From an uncultured Candidatus Competibacteraceae bacterium (GTDB taxonomy: Bacteria; Bacteroidota; Bacteroidia; CAIKAF01): a stretch of 64,000 nt of DNA. Below the pieces are notes generated by a model, which ran no database searches, was not told the origin of the DNA, and saw nothing but the letters and a program-made list of their open reading frames with translations. Made by a program: the position numbers and the translations under genes. The stretch covers positions 16,021 to 80,020 of the forward strand of contig CAZOEO010000012.1 of NCBI GenBank assembly GCA_964578885.1, in the 5' to 3' direction. This document shows, one piece after another, positions 11,272-21,567 of this stretch; position 1 is the stretch's first letter, and each line of letters starts with the position of its first letter.

Positions 11272-12720
11272 TCATGGATTGGATTGGGTGGCGCCACCCA
11301 AAGCACGATAATAACGAAGTGTGCTGAAATAAAGATCTCTCCTTAACCCGATGAGCGATAACTCTGCGTTTAACACGTTTTGCTGGGCATTTAAAATTTC
11401 CAGGTAGCTGGAATTGGCTGTAATAAATAGCGTATTGGAGATTTGAACCGATTCACTGAGTACTGTTACTTCTCTGGTTTTCAATGTGATGGCTTCCTGC
11501 AAATTGTTCATCTTTTGCATCAGGTTAATTACCTCCAGATAAGCCTGCATCACTGTTTTGCGATATTGTTGGTAGGCCATTTCTTGTCTGGCGGTGGCCA
11601 CGCGGAAATTGGCGCGAATGGCACCTTGTTGAAAGATAGGACTTACTAAACCGGACATGGCTTGGTAGGCAAGTGAAGCTGGTGCTGTTAGGAAAAAACT
11701 CGGGTTAAAGCTGTTAAATCCACCTTGCGCACTCAGGGTAAGACTCGGGAAAAAGGCCGCTCGGGCCGCTTTCAGATCTGCACCGGAAGCCAAATATTCC
11801 AGCTCCGCCTGACGAATATCGGGCCGATTTTGTAAGAATTCACTCACACGACCAGACGTAAGGGTAATGTGCGCAAATGCTTTGTCCGGAAACTTAATGG
11901 AAGGAATGTCCAAATCCGGCTGACCTAACAATAATCTAAGACCATTTCTCACTTCAATCACATTTTGTTTCAGGAGAAATTCCAGACCTTGGGTATGTAA
12001 AAGTTGGGCTTCGATTTGCGTAACCCCCAATTCAGTGGCGCGGCCACCGGATTTTTGGATTTCAATGGTTTCGAAGGCGCGCTGTTGTAGGGCTACGTTT
12101 TTCCGGATAATTTCTAATTCTGCGTCCAGGGCCGCCAAAGTATAATAATATTCTGCCACGGTGGTGATGAGCTGTGCCTGTGCAAACTGCGCAAGTCCCA
12201 AAGCGCCTTCTTTTCTTAAACGAGCGGCATTTTTCTGATTGCGTAATTTTCCTCGGATATCTATTTCCCAGGTTAAGTCCAAACTAAGCATGAAGTCCGG
12301 CAAATGCTCGTCCATTCTTTGTTCCGGTTCTATGTTCGGGCTAAAATTGGTATCGAAGTTTCCTACACCATCTATCGTATATTTTCCATAACGGCGAACA
12401 CCCGCTCCGGCCATACCTTGAATAGCTGGTAAAAACCAAAACTTCTGTCCGTGCAAATGTGCTTTAGCCACCTTTACCTGCTGAAGTGCAATCAGGAAAT
12501 CCGGGTTTTGTTGTAAGGCGATCCGAATGTATTTCTGCAGCAAAGTATCCGGGAAAAATTGCTCCCATGAAGAGGAGGCCAACGATTTTCCAGTTTGGGT
12601 CGTATCTGCCATAAAGTTAGATGGCAAAGCGACTTTCTGACTTTCAGGAATACTTGGAATTTTACATGCGGCCAGTCCAAGAGCTAGCATCATGACAAAG
12701 AAGTTAGTGCGAAGCATCAT
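11272..12720 (-). CDS. RND efflux outer-membrane factor lipoprotein (TolC/NodT family)
   Basis: The ORF runs to 12762. The likely start is the MM at 12720/12717, giving MMLRTNFFVMMLALGLAAC (lipobox). Two-repeat OMF architecture. It overlaps the RND pump stop by about 15 nt. Confidence 0.88.
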   Translation of the reverse strand: MMLRTNFFVMMLALGLAACKIPSIPESQKVALPSNFMADTTQTGKSLASSSWEQFFPDTLLQKYIRIALQQNPDFLIALQQVKVAKAHLHGQKFWFLPAIQGMAGAGVRRYGKYTIDGVGNFDTNFSPNIEPEQRMDEHLPDFMLSLDLTWEIDIRGKLRNQKNAARLRKEGALGLAQFAQAQLITTVAEYYYTLAALDAELEIIRKNVALQQRAFETIEIQKSGGRATELGVTQIEAQLLHTQGLEFLLKQNVIEVRNGLRLLLGQPDLDIPSIKFPDKAFAHITLTSGRVSEFLQNRPDIRQAELEYLASGADLKAARAAFFPSLTLSAQGGFNSFNPSFFLTAPASLAYQAMSGLVSPIFQQGAIRANFRVATARQEMAYQQYRKTVMQAYLEVINLMQKMNNLQEAITLKTREVTVLSESVQISNTLFITANSSYLEILNAQQNVLNAELSLIGLRRDLYFSTLRYYRALGGATQSNP

Positions 12721-15700
12721 TTTGGATTGTGCGTTTTTTAGGCATTTTAGCAAACAAGACAAACAGGCCGGGAATAAGAATTACTCCGAAAATGGTGCCG
12801 AACAACATGCCTCCCGCAGCAGCGGTTCCAATGGAGCGGTTTCCCATGGCTCCGGCGCCATTGGCTATCATCAAAGGAATTAAACCTGCCACAAAAGCCA
12901 GAGAGGTCATCAGAATCGGACGCAACCTGGCAGCCGCACCTTCTATGGCCGCTTGTAAAACGGTGGCACCCTCCTGTAATCGCTGATTCGCAAACTCTAC
13001 AATCAAGATGGCATTTTTCCCGAGCAGACCAATTAACATTACTAAAGCGACTTGTGCGTAAATGTTGTTTTCCAAACCAAGGATTTTTAGCATGAAATAG
13101 GAGCCGAAAATACCCGTTGGAAGCGATAAAAGTACGGGAATGGGGAGCCGAAAACTTTCGTATTGTGCTGAAAGAATGAGATATACAAACAGGAGGCAAA
13201 TGCCAAAGATGAAAATGGCCTGGTTGCCACTCAACACTTCTTCTCTGGTCATCCCGCTCCATTCATAAGCAAAACCTTTGGGTAAAACTTTGGTGGCAGT
13301 TTCTTTAATAGCACGAATAGCATCTCCGGAGCTAAATCCCTGACTGGCTTCTCCATTAATCATTACCGCATTGAACATATTGAAGCGGGTCAACTGGTCT
13401 GGTCCATATACCCGTTCCAATTTCAAAATGCTGCCATAAGGCACCATCTCGCCACGGCTATTTTTTATTTGAAGACTTAGCAGGTCCTCCGGATTTTCGC
13501 GATATTCAGGCAAGGCTTGTACCATCACCTTGTACATCATTCCGAATTTGATGAAATTGGAGGCATAGTAAGAACCAAAAAAGGCCTGCAGTCCTTCCAT
13601 GGCTGCATTCACTGTAACACCTTTTTTGGCCGCCATGTCGTAATCGAACCGAATGAGGTATTGAGGGAAATTCGGATTGAACGTGGTAAAGGCATTTCCA
13701 ATTTCGGGACGGTGGTTTAGTTCGGCCAAAAACTGATCTGACACTTCCGCCAGCTTGTTCAGGTCTCCTCCGCCTGTTCTGTCTAATATTCTGAATTCAA
13801 ATCCAGCCGCATTTCCGAATCCGGGGACGGTGGGTGGGGGGAAGAATTCAATTTTACCATCTGCGATGCCAGCCGTTGCCTCCTGGAAAACAGGAATGAG
13901 ATCGAAAATTTTTTCTTCACGCTGGTCCCATGGTTTTAAATTCACCATTCCCATCCCATACGAAGCACCGGCGGCTTCGGTGAGCAGGCTGTAACCGGCC
14001 AAAGTGGAAATGGATTCTACCGTAGGATGTTTTGAAATGGCAGTGTACACTTCGTCCAATACTTTTTCCGTTCTTTCCATGGTTGCTCCCGGAGGGGTAT
14101 CCACGTTGATGTATAGTACGCCTTGGTCTTCCGTTGGAATAAAACCACTTGGAAGAATGCTGTTTACACCCCATGATGCAGCAAAAAAGACAGCCAAAAT
14201 CCCTAAGGTGATGACTTTTCGCCCTGCAATTCGCTCGATTAACCGGTTATATTTTCCGGCCAGGGAATCATAGCGGCCATTGAATCCTTTGAAAAATTTA
14301 CCAAGTAGATTGTTTGAAACGTGACCATGGTTGTTTTTAAGGAAAATGGCACAAAGGGCAGGGGTGAGGGTGAGTGCGTTCACCGCAGATATGACAATGG
14401 CGATGGCGAGGGTCAGTGAGAACTGTCTGTAAAAAATCCCGACAGGGCCAGACATAAATGCCACAGGTACGAATACGGCTGACATCACCAGTGAAATGGC
14501 CACAATGGCACCTCCGATTTCTTTCATGGAATCGATGGTGGCTTCCATGGGTTCCATGCCGGTGCTTTCCATTTTCGCATGCACTGCTTCTACGACCACA
14601 ATAGCGTCATCCACCACAATACCAATGGCTAAAACCAGAGCAAACAGCGTGAGCAGATTAATGGAAAAGCCAAGCATGCTCAAAAACGCAAAGGTTCCAA
14701 TTAAAGACACCGGAACAGCCATGGCCGGAATGATGGTAGATCTCCAATCCTGAAGGAATAGAAACACCACAATAGATACCAGGATAAACGCCTCAATCAG
14801 TGTCTTAATTACTTCATAAATAGAAGCATCTAAAAAGCGTGATACATCATAATTGATGTTGTAAGTCATGCCGGGAGGAAAAGAAGACACTTTAAGTTCT
14901 TCCATCCGTTTTTTAATATTCTGAATAACCTCACGTGCGTTGGAACCAGGTCTTTGTTTAATCATAATAGACGCCGACGGACGCCCATCTGTTTTAGATT
15001 TCATGTGATAGTCCAGCGATCCTAACTCAATTTCGGCTACATCTCTGAGTCTGAGAATAGAACCATCTGAATTGGCACGAATAGGAATATTGCCGTAGTC
15101 GGTGCTATCTGAAAATTTTCCCGTGTAACGCAAGACATACTGCAGCGGCTGGGTTTGTCTGCCAGACGATTCTCCAGATTTTCCGGGTGCTGCTTCAATA
15201 TTTTGTTCACGTATGGCATCAATGATTTCTTGAGGGGAGACTTTGTAAGTCACCATTCTGTCCGGTTTCATCCAGATCCGCATAGAGAAGTCCTTGGACC
15301 CCATGATTTCGGCGAAACCCACCCCTTCGATACGCTTGAGTTCCCGAATAATATTAATGTCGGCGAAGTTGTAAATAAACTTCTCATCTACGGTAGGATC
15401 TGTACTATATAAGTTCAGATACATGAGCATGGAGTTGACTTCTTTTTCGGAAGTTACCCCTGCTTTTACAACTTCTTCCGGTAATTCATCAAGAACGGTG
15501 GTCACCCTGTTTTGCACAGTTACTGCAGCTACGTCTGGATCCGTGCCCACTTTAAAGCTGATGTTGATGAGCGTAATTCCATTGTTGGTGCAAACGGTGG
15601 CCATGGACGTCATGCCGGGAACACCATTTACAGCTCTTTCGATGGGCGTAGCCACGGCTTTGGAACAAACTTCTGCGTTGGCTCCGGTATATTTGGCCAC

Positions 15701-15835
15701 CACCACCACGGATGGTGGTACAATATCCGGAAACTGTGTAATGGGCAGACTAAAGAATCCCAGTATGCCGACCAACAAAATCAGCAAGGATATCACCAGC
15801 GACAACACGGGTCGCTGAATAAACATTTTTAGCAT
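12704..15835 (-). CDS. RND multidrug efflux transporter permease (AcrB/HAE1 family)
   Basis: 1043 aa, 12-TM RND layout. N-terminal FIQRPVLSLVISLLILLVGILG, and VVDDAIVVVE in TM4. Confidence 0.95.
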   Translation of the reverse strand: MLKMFIQRPVLSLVISLLILLVGILGFFSLPITQFPDIVPPSVVVVAKYTGANAEVCSKAVATPIERAVNGVPGMTSMATVCTNNGITLINISFKVGTDPDVAAVTVQNRVTTVLDELPEEVVKAGVTSEKEVNSMLMYLNLYSTDPTVDEKFIYNFADINIIRELKRIEGVGFAEIMGSKDFSMRIWMKPDRMVTYKVSPQEIIDAIREQNIEAAPGKSGESSGRQTQPLQYVLRYTGKFSDSTDYGNIPIRANSDGSILRLRDVAEIELGSLDYHMKSKTDGRPSASIMIKQRPGSNAREVIQNIKKRMEELKVSSFPPGMTYNINYDVSRFLDASIYEVIKTLIEAFILVSIVVFLFLQDWRSTIIPAMAVPVSLIGTFAFLSMLGFSINLLTLFALVLAIGIVVDDAIVVVEAVHAKMESTGMEPMEATIDSMKEIGGAIVAISLVMSAVFVPVAFMSGPVGIFYRQFSLTLAIAIVISAVNALTLTPALCAIFLKNNHGHVSNNLLGKFFKGFNGRYDSLAGKYNRLIERIAGRKVITLGILAVFFAASWGVNSILPSGFIPTEDQGVLYINVDTPPGATMERTEKVLDEVYTAISKHPTVESISTLAGYSLLTEAAGASYGMGMVNLKPWDQREEKIFDLIPVFQEATAGIADGKIEFFPPPTVPGFGNAAGFEFRILDRTGGGDLNKLAEVSDQFLAELNHRPEIGNAFTTFNPNFPQYLIRFDYDMAAKKGVTVNAAMEGLQAFFGSYYASNFIKFGMMYKVMVQALPEYRENPEDLLSLQIKNSRGEMVPYGSILKLERVYGPDQLTRFNMFNAVMINGEASQGFSSGDAIRAIKETATKVLPKGFAYEWSGMTREEVLSGNQAIFIFGICLLFVYLILSAQYESFRLPIPVLLSLPTGIFGSYFMLKILGLENNIYAQVALVMLIGLLGKNAILIVEFANQRLQEGATVLQAAIEGAAARLRPILMTSLAFVAGLIPLMIANGAGAMGNRSIGTAAAGGMLFGTIFGVILIPGLFVLFAKMPKKRTIQNDASH

Positions 15836-15858
15836 CGTAAATTGATTCTATGGGTAGG

Positions 15859-17031
15859 TTAAAACTCAGAGCCTCCCACTTCACGGGGAATAATGCGGTC
15901 ACCATCTTTCAGGTTCTGAATTCCTTCAAAAACTACCCTGTCTCCTTTTTTAAGGCCAGAGCGAACAATATAATACATGCCAAAGCGCGCCTCAGGTTCA
16001 ATCGCACGTTGACTCACAAGCCCATTGGGATCCGTAACGTACACATAAGTGCGATCTAAAACCTCAAATGTGGACTTTTGCGGAACTAAAATGGCGTCGT
16101 CCAATTTTCGAGACAACCTGATTCGACCAGAAGATCCATGTTTCAAAAGGTGATCCGGGTTGGGAAATCTCGCACGGAAAGCAATGGTTCCTGTTCCTTG
16201 TTCAATTTCACCTTCCATGGTTTCTACTTTCCCTTTATCCGGATACATGGCGCCGTCTACTAAAATTAACTGAACCTTGTCTAAAGTAATAATGGAATCG
16301 CCAATTAAAGCTTTCATGTATCCAAGGTATTCATTTTCAGATACATTGAAGTATGCATTTACCGTGTGTACATCAGAAACCGTGGTTAAAAGACTGCCTT
16401 CGTCTATGAGAGAACCAACTTTAAACGGAATACGGTCAATAATTCCATCGAATGGGGCTTTAATAACCGTATGGGATAAATTAATGGTCGCATTGCTCAC
16501 GTTGGCACGGCACTCTGATACGCGAGCCATGAGCGCGTCGTATTTGGCCTTGGCCAAATCTAATTCAGTGCGGTTAACTACTTCGCGATCCACCAACAAC
16601 TTTACGTTGCGCATTTCTAATTCAGCCACACGGGCTTCTGCTTCTGCAATCTGTAAACTTGCTTTGGCTTTTTCCAATTCACTCACAAAAATGTCATCGT
16701 CTATGGTAAATAAAGTTTGACCTTTCTGCACCATGCGACCTTCATCTACGTGAATTTTTTCCAAATATCCTTTTACCCGTGCCCTCAATTCAATATTTTG
16801 AGAGGCATGAATATCTGCCACGTACTCTTGTTCCATCAGGATGTCACTTTCCTCAATGACGATGACTGGCAATACGTCAGAGTCCATTTCGTTTTCGCCG
16901 GATTCCTTTCCGGATAAACCGCAGGAGGCAATAAACAGAAAAGGAATACTTAGGATTAAAAGATATTGAATTTTCAAGACAAAAATTTTTGCAAAACTAT
17001 AAAGGAAATCATTGATATTACTGGCTTGCAT
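15859..17031 (-). CDS. RND efflux periplasmic adaptor (membrane fusion protein, HlyD family) lipoprotein
   Basis: Lipobox FLFIASC. Coiled-coil hairpin (LEKAKASLQIAEAEARVAELE...). Beta-barrel C-terminus. Lies immediately upstream of the RND pump. Confidence 0.9.
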   Translation of the reverse strand: MQASNINDFLYSFAKIFVLKIQYLLILSIPFLFIASCGLSGKESGENEMDSDVLPVIVIEESDILMEQEYVADIHASQNIELRARVKGYLEKIHVDEGRMVQKGQTLFTIDDDIFVSELEKAKASLQIAEAEARVAELEMRNVKLLVDREVVNRTELDLAKAKYDALMARVSECRANVSNATINLSHTVIKAPFDGIIDRIPFKVGSLIDEGSLLTTVSDVHTVNAYFNVSENEYLGYMKALIGDSIITLDKVQLILVDGAMYPDKGKVETMEGEIEQGTGTIAFRARFPNPDHLLKHGSSGRIRLSRKLDDAILVPQKSTFEVLDRTYVYVTDPNGLVSQRAIEPEARFGMYYIVRSGLKKGDRVVFEGIQNLKDGDRIIPREVGGSEF

Positions 17032-17130
17032 GAATTTTTAACAACCTTTGTTGAAAGAAATGGCATTTGAGCTGATAAAGATTTTAAAGACTATTCTAAG
17101 ATTTAATTATTTGATAACATGAGGCCGTCC

Positions 17131-18129
17131 TTAAGGTTGTACCCTTATATCTAATAAATATTTTTCAAGTTGCTGTCTTTGAGCAGGTTTCATGCTAAAG
17201 GCAAGTGCAGGTTGTAACGGAAGAAATAATTCCATCATTATAAACTCTTGTAACATGTCTTTTTCCCTGGCCCGGCGCATTAATTGCATTTCGGGAGTTT
17301 CTAACCATTCTGTACTGGTTTCTCCGTGAGTAATCATGGCTAAAATACACTCTTGTTCCCTTTGCATGTCGAATTTTTTACCTGGTTTTCCGCCTCGTTC
17401 GGCTGGATAATTGGGGGCATGTTCCCAGAGGCATCTGCACATGGCGTAGGTGCTCCAAAGCGGATCGGCCACTAAAATCACCATGGTATCTCTTAATTCG
17501 ATATGGTAGTTGGGTTTAATAAGCGTGAGTGTATTTTTTAATCCTGCACGTGCGCTCACGGCTTCAAAAGTACCGATAATACTGGCTGATGCGGCCTGAA
17601 GGACCCTTGCTCTGGCGGCCATTTCCATGGCTCGGTCCACTTTTTTGGCACGAAGCAGTAACTCTGCTTTTAAGCTGTAACCAAATGAATATAAGGGATA
17701 TCGGATTAAAAGAGAATCGACAATTCGTTCTGAACGGGCATGATTCCATTCTTGAAACAAGACTTCGGCCAATAACAGCTGAATAGGTGCTACCCCTTTG
17801 TGTTTTTTGGCAAAAGTTTCTAGTGGCGCAAGGGCTGCATTAAATTTTCCTTCCCGCATGAGTTGGCGAATCCGCATCATTTCCGGATGGTCCATTATCG
17901 GTTTTGGCCAGGTATTTAAGACCAATTGGCCTGCAGAGTCTGTGGGCACCACCGTGGCATCGAAATCCTGAGAAGGCCGGTAACGCAAATAGGATTCGCT
18001 GGATGAAACAAATTGAAATCTTGGCTCCTGCTGAAATCGCTGGTGAATCTGGTAAGCAGAAGGCGCTTTGGTTTGGGCGCAGAGAAGGCCCGATAATCCA
18101 GCCAACATCCATATTAGCGTTTTTCTCAT
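17131..18129 (-). CDS. Hypothetical secreted protein (helical, TPR-like)
   Basis: 332 aa. Signal peptide [19 protein letters not shown]. Its ATG overlaps the prfC stop as ATGA (18126-18129). Confidence 0.65.
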   Translation of the reverse strand: MRKTLIWMLAGLSGLLCAQTKAPSAYQIHQRFQQEPRFQFVSSSESYLRYRPSQDFDATVVPTDSAGQLVLNTWPKPIMDHPEMMRIRQLMREGKFNAALAPLETFAKKHKGVAPIQLLLAEVLFQEWNHARSERIVDSLLIRYPLYSFGYSLKAELLLRAKKVDRAMEMAARARVLQAASASIIGTFEAVSARAGLKNTLTLIKPNYHIELRDTMVILVADPLWSTYAMCRCLWEHAPNYPAERGGKPGKKFDMQREQECILAMITHGETSTEWLETPEMQLMRRAREKDMLQEFIMMELFLPLQPALAFSMKPAQRQQLEKYLLDIRVQP

Positions 18130-19721
18130 ACTTCCACAACTTTAAATTCACTGGTTTGGTGAAACGTAATTTCCGGATAATCCCGTTCTGCCATTTGCAA
18201 CAAAAAGGCTGAAGGTGCCAGGAAAACCGGGTTTTGGTCTTTGTCGTAAGCGACATTTCCTGTTTTTCGACTCATAAATTCACGTAACTTCTCAGGATCC
18301 TCGCTGGTGAGCCAACATGCTTTAAAAAAGGCCATGGCGTGGAAATCGCAGGATGCTTTGTATTCATGCTCCAACCGGTAGCGTATTACGTCGAACTGTA
18401 GTTCTCCCACGGTGCCCACAATGCGTCGGTTTCCTGGCTGAAGTATAAACAACTGGGCCACACCCTCATCTGTGAGCTGTTCAATGCCTTTTTCCAATTG
18501 TTTGGTTTTCATTGGGTCTTTGTTGACCAATTCTTTGAAAATCTCAGGAGAAAAGCTAGGAATGCCTTTGTAAATCAATGATTCTCCCTGGGTGAGTACA
18601 TCTCCGATTTTAAAATTTCCGGCATCGTATAATCCGACCACATCGCCCGGCCAGGCTTCTTCAATCACACTTTTGTCCTGGGCCATAAAACTGGTGGGGT
18701 TGCTAAACCGAATGTCTTTGTTCAGCCGAACATGGTGGTAAAATGTATTGCGCTCGAATTTACCGGAAACAATGCGTAAAAAAGCAATCCGGTCCCGATG
18801 TCTGGGATCCAGGTTTGCGTGAATTTTAAACACGAACCCGGAGAATTGGGGCTCGTTGGGTTGCACCAGGCGCAGTTGACTCTGACGACCTTGTGGCGTT
18901 GGAGAAACCTGAATAAAGGTGTCCAATAATTCTTTCACTCCAAAATTAAACATGGCTGAGCCGAAAAAAACGGGCGCCAAATCGCCACTTAAATAGGCAT
19001 TTCGGTCGAAAGTGTCGTACACGCCTTCTACCAAACTGACGTCGCTTCTCAGGGTTTCTGCGTCGTCGCTGCCCACGAGGTGATCCAATCTTTCGTCGCT
19101 CAGGTCTTCGATGGTAACCATGTCGTCGGCGATTTTGGTTTTATTCACCGAAAATAAGTTCACTTTTTTATCCAGAAGCTGATACACCCCTTTGAATCGA
19201 TCGCCCTGGTTAATCGGCCACGTGAGTGGACGTACGCGGATATGCAGTTTTTCTTCCAGCTCATCCAATAAATCGTAGGGGTCCTTTCCTTCCCGGTCCA
19301 TTTTGTTAATGAAAATAATGACCGGTGTTTTCCGCATGCGGCATACTTCCATCAAGGCCAGGGTTTGGCTTTCTACACCATTGGCGCAGTCAATCACCAA
19401 AATAACGGAATCTACCGCGGTGAGGGTGCGGTAGGTGTCTTCTGCAAAATCTTTGTGGCCGGGAGTGTCCAGTAGATTGATTTTCACTCCTTCATATTCG
19501 AAACCCATCACCGAAGTTGCCACAGAAATTCCTCTTTGGCGCTCAATTTCCATGAAATCCGAGGTGGCCGTTTTTTTAATTTTATTGGATTTTACGGCAC
19601 CGGCGGTTTGAATGGCGCCACCAAACAGCAGTAATTTTTCAGTGAGGGTCGTTTTTCCGGCGTCCGGGTGCGAAATAATCGCAAAAGTGCGTCTTCTGGC
19701 AATTTCTGGATGCATACTCAT
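18126..19721 (-). CDS. prfC: Peptide chain release factor 3
   Basis: 531 aa. [42 protein letters not shown]. Confidence 0.96.
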   Translation of the reverse strand: MSMHPEIARRRTFAIISHPDAGKTTLTEKLLLFGGAIQTAGAVKSNKIKKTATSDFMEIERQRGISVATSVMGFEYEGVKINLLDTPGHKDFAEDTYRTLTAVDSVILVIDCANGVESQTLALMEVCRMRKTPVIIFINKMDREGKDPYDLLDELEEKLHIRVRPLTWPINQGDRFKGVYQLLDKKVNLFSVNKTKIADDMVTIEDLSDERLDHLVGSDDAETLRSDVSLVEGVYDTFDRNAYLSGDLAPVFFGSAMFNFGVKELLDTFIQVSPTPQGRQSQLRLVQPNEPQFSGFVFKIHANLDPRHRDRIAFLRIVSGKFERNTFYHHVRLNKDIRFSNPTSFMAQDKSVIEEAWPGDVVGLYDAGNFKIGDVLTQGESLIYKGIPSFSPEIFKELVNKDPMKTKQLEKGIEQLTDEGVAQLFILQPGNRRIVGTVGELQFDVIRYRLEHEYKASCDFHAMAFFKACWLTSEDPEKLREFMSRKTGNVAYDKDQNPVFLAPSAFLLQMAERDYPEITFHQTSEFKVVEV

Positions 19722-19929
19722 GTGACAAAGGTAGAAAACTTGTGGATTGATTTCCGGTGATTTAGGGAGGAGAGACCGTGCATCCTGCCAATTTCTTACT
19801 TTTTTACGTGATGCGATGCTTTTTGAAAGCCGGAATTGGGTCAGGGATGAAGTTTAACAATCGAAAGAATTGGCCCATTTGCGCTTTTTATACAACATGA
19901 ATAAGGACATTATCCGGAAAATATTGGAC

Positions 19930-19982
19930 AAAAAAAATCCCGGCCAGATCTTGTTCTGTCGAAAGAACCTCTCTAAGCCGGG
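19930..19982 (-). terminator. Candidate rho-independent terminator downstream of the phosphohexomutase gene
   Basis: On the minus strand, CCCGGC...GCCGGG with an inner GTTCT/AGAAC hairpin, followed by ATTTTTTTT (A-run 19930-19937 on the plus strand). Confidence 0.45.
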
Positions 19983-20001
19983 AAAGACAATGAGGAAAGA
20001 A

Positions 20002-21396
20002 TTAAGTGTCTGCCAATCCTAAATCTGCTTTTACTTTTTCCAAGAAAAGGCGGGTTTCTTCCGCAGTTGGCGTTTCAGCATAGATTCTTACCACGGGTTC
20101 GGTCCCGGAGGCGCGGACCAGTAACCAGGCATCTTCATCGAACAGGTATTTGATGCCATCGATGGTTTCTACTGCCCTTACTTCTTTTCCTCCCATCACC
20201 GCAGGTTGGGAAGCCATGATGTCCATGGCCCGTTGTTTTTTCTCCTCGGTCAAGTGCAAATCCAGACGGTCGTAGGAAAAAGAGCCGGTGATGGCATACA
20301 CTTCCTGAATCAACTCCTTGAGAGATTTTCCGCTTTTGGCCATAAATTCCCATAGAATCATGCCCATCCAAATGCCATCGCGTTCCGGAATGTGACCTTT
20401 TACAGCAATTCCGCCGGATTCTTCGCCTCCCAAAAGCACGTCGTCAGTTACAAAATATCCGGAGATGTTTTTAAAACCGATTTGGGTGGTGGTTTGCTCG
20501 AGTCCGTAGTGTTTGCAAAGCTTTTTAGCTTTTTCCGTTACGCTGAAGGCGGTGATGACTTTGCCCGTCATTTTCTTGTAATGAACGAGATAGTGAATCA
20601 ACAGCAGAATAATATGGTGAGAATCCACAAATTTTCCGTCTTCATCGAATAATCCAATGCGGTCGGCATCGCCATCTACAGCCAAACCACAATCGATGCT
20701 TTTACCGGTTTGAATGTATTCACTGAACTCCACGAGATTTCTGGGAATGGGTTCCGGTGCAATATGCCCGAAATTGGGGTTCCATTCGCAATGTAGGCTT
20801 TCAATTTCGGGGAAAAGTAAATCCATGGCGCGGAAACCGGAGCCATACATGGCATCGAATCCCCAGCGGAACGGACTATTACGAATGGCTTCTATGTCGA
20901 AAGTTTGGAGTACAGCCTGCACATATAAATCCACTAAATTCACACAAGTGAGTGCGTCTCCTCCAAAAGGTTGGGCAGCAATGTCGGTGGCTCCTTCGAT
21001 GCGTTGTTCGATGGCTTCGATGTCTTTCGGAAGCAGCGGCCCGCCAAAATGAGCTTTCAGTTTATAACCATTGTAAGATGGCGGATTATGCGAGGCGGTC
21101 AGGACAATGCCTAATCCGGCTTCGAAGTGCCGTGTGCCCATGCTCACCATGGGAGTAGTTACGGGACCATCTGCATAATACACAGTAAGGCCGTGGGCCA
21201 GAAAAACCCGGGAGGCTTCTTCCAGGAAAAGACGTCCGCCGAAGCGGCAATCGTGCCCAATAACAATTTTTTTCGGTAAATCGCTGTCCAGTAGCCATTG
21301 TGCTACTGCCGTAGAAACGCGGTTTACATTGTTGGTTGTAAAATCTTTTGCAATAATGGCACGCCATCCGTCGGTGCCAAATTTAATCTTGTCCAT
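20002..21396 (-). CDS. Phosphoglucomutase/phosphomannomutase family protein (alpha-D-phosphohexomutase)
   Basis: KFGTDGWR, phosphoserine loop TASHNPPSYNGYK, Mg loop AVDGDADR, GEESGG. The ORF extends to 21423, but MDKIKFGTDGWR (ATG at 21396) is the typical N-terminus. Confidence 0.92.
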   Translation of the reverse strand: MDKIKFGTDGWRAIIAKDFTTNNVNRVSTAVAQWLLDSDLPKKIVIGHDCRFGGRLFLEEASRVFLAHGLTVYYADGPVTTPMVSMGTRHFEAGLGIVLTASHNPPSYNGYKLKAHFGGPLLPKDIEAIEQRIEGATDIAAQPFGGDALTCVNLVDLYVQAVLQTFDIEAIRNSPFRWGFDAMYGSGFRAMDLLFPEIESLHCEWNPNFGHIAPEPIPRNLVEFSEYIQTGKSIDCGLAVDGDADRIGLFDEDGKFVDSHHIILLLIHYLVHYKKMTGKVITAFSVTEKAKKLCKHYGLEQTTTQIGFKNISGYFVTDDVLLGGEESGGIAVKGHIPERDGIWMGMILWEFMAKSGKSLKELIQEVYAITGSFSYDRLDLHLTEEKKQRAMDIMASQPAVMGGKEVRAVETIDGIKYLFDEDAWLLVRASGTEPVVRIYAETPTAEETRLFLEKVKADLGLADT

Positions 21397-21567
21397 ACAC
21401 AAAGTTCTGGCCCAAATGTACATGGATTTTTTAATCGGAAAGCCAGTGGAAATACCATCCTCTTCGCTTTCACCCGGGTAAAATCGCTTTTACAAGTTCT
21501 TTTACCGGAGTAAATGAGATAAAACGACGCAAAAAGATTATCTTTCATGTGTTTAAATGAATGCATT

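Noticed and set aside
9991-17031. Long alternative-frame and antisense ORFs inside the efflux genes (for example 10699-11238 +, 12747-13262 -, 15423-15818 +, 16277-16720 +).
   Set aside because: They lie entirely within strongly supported genes and have biased, non-protein-like composition. They are typical shadow ORFs. The same applies to 36140-36619, 38149-38547, 42079-42453 and others.
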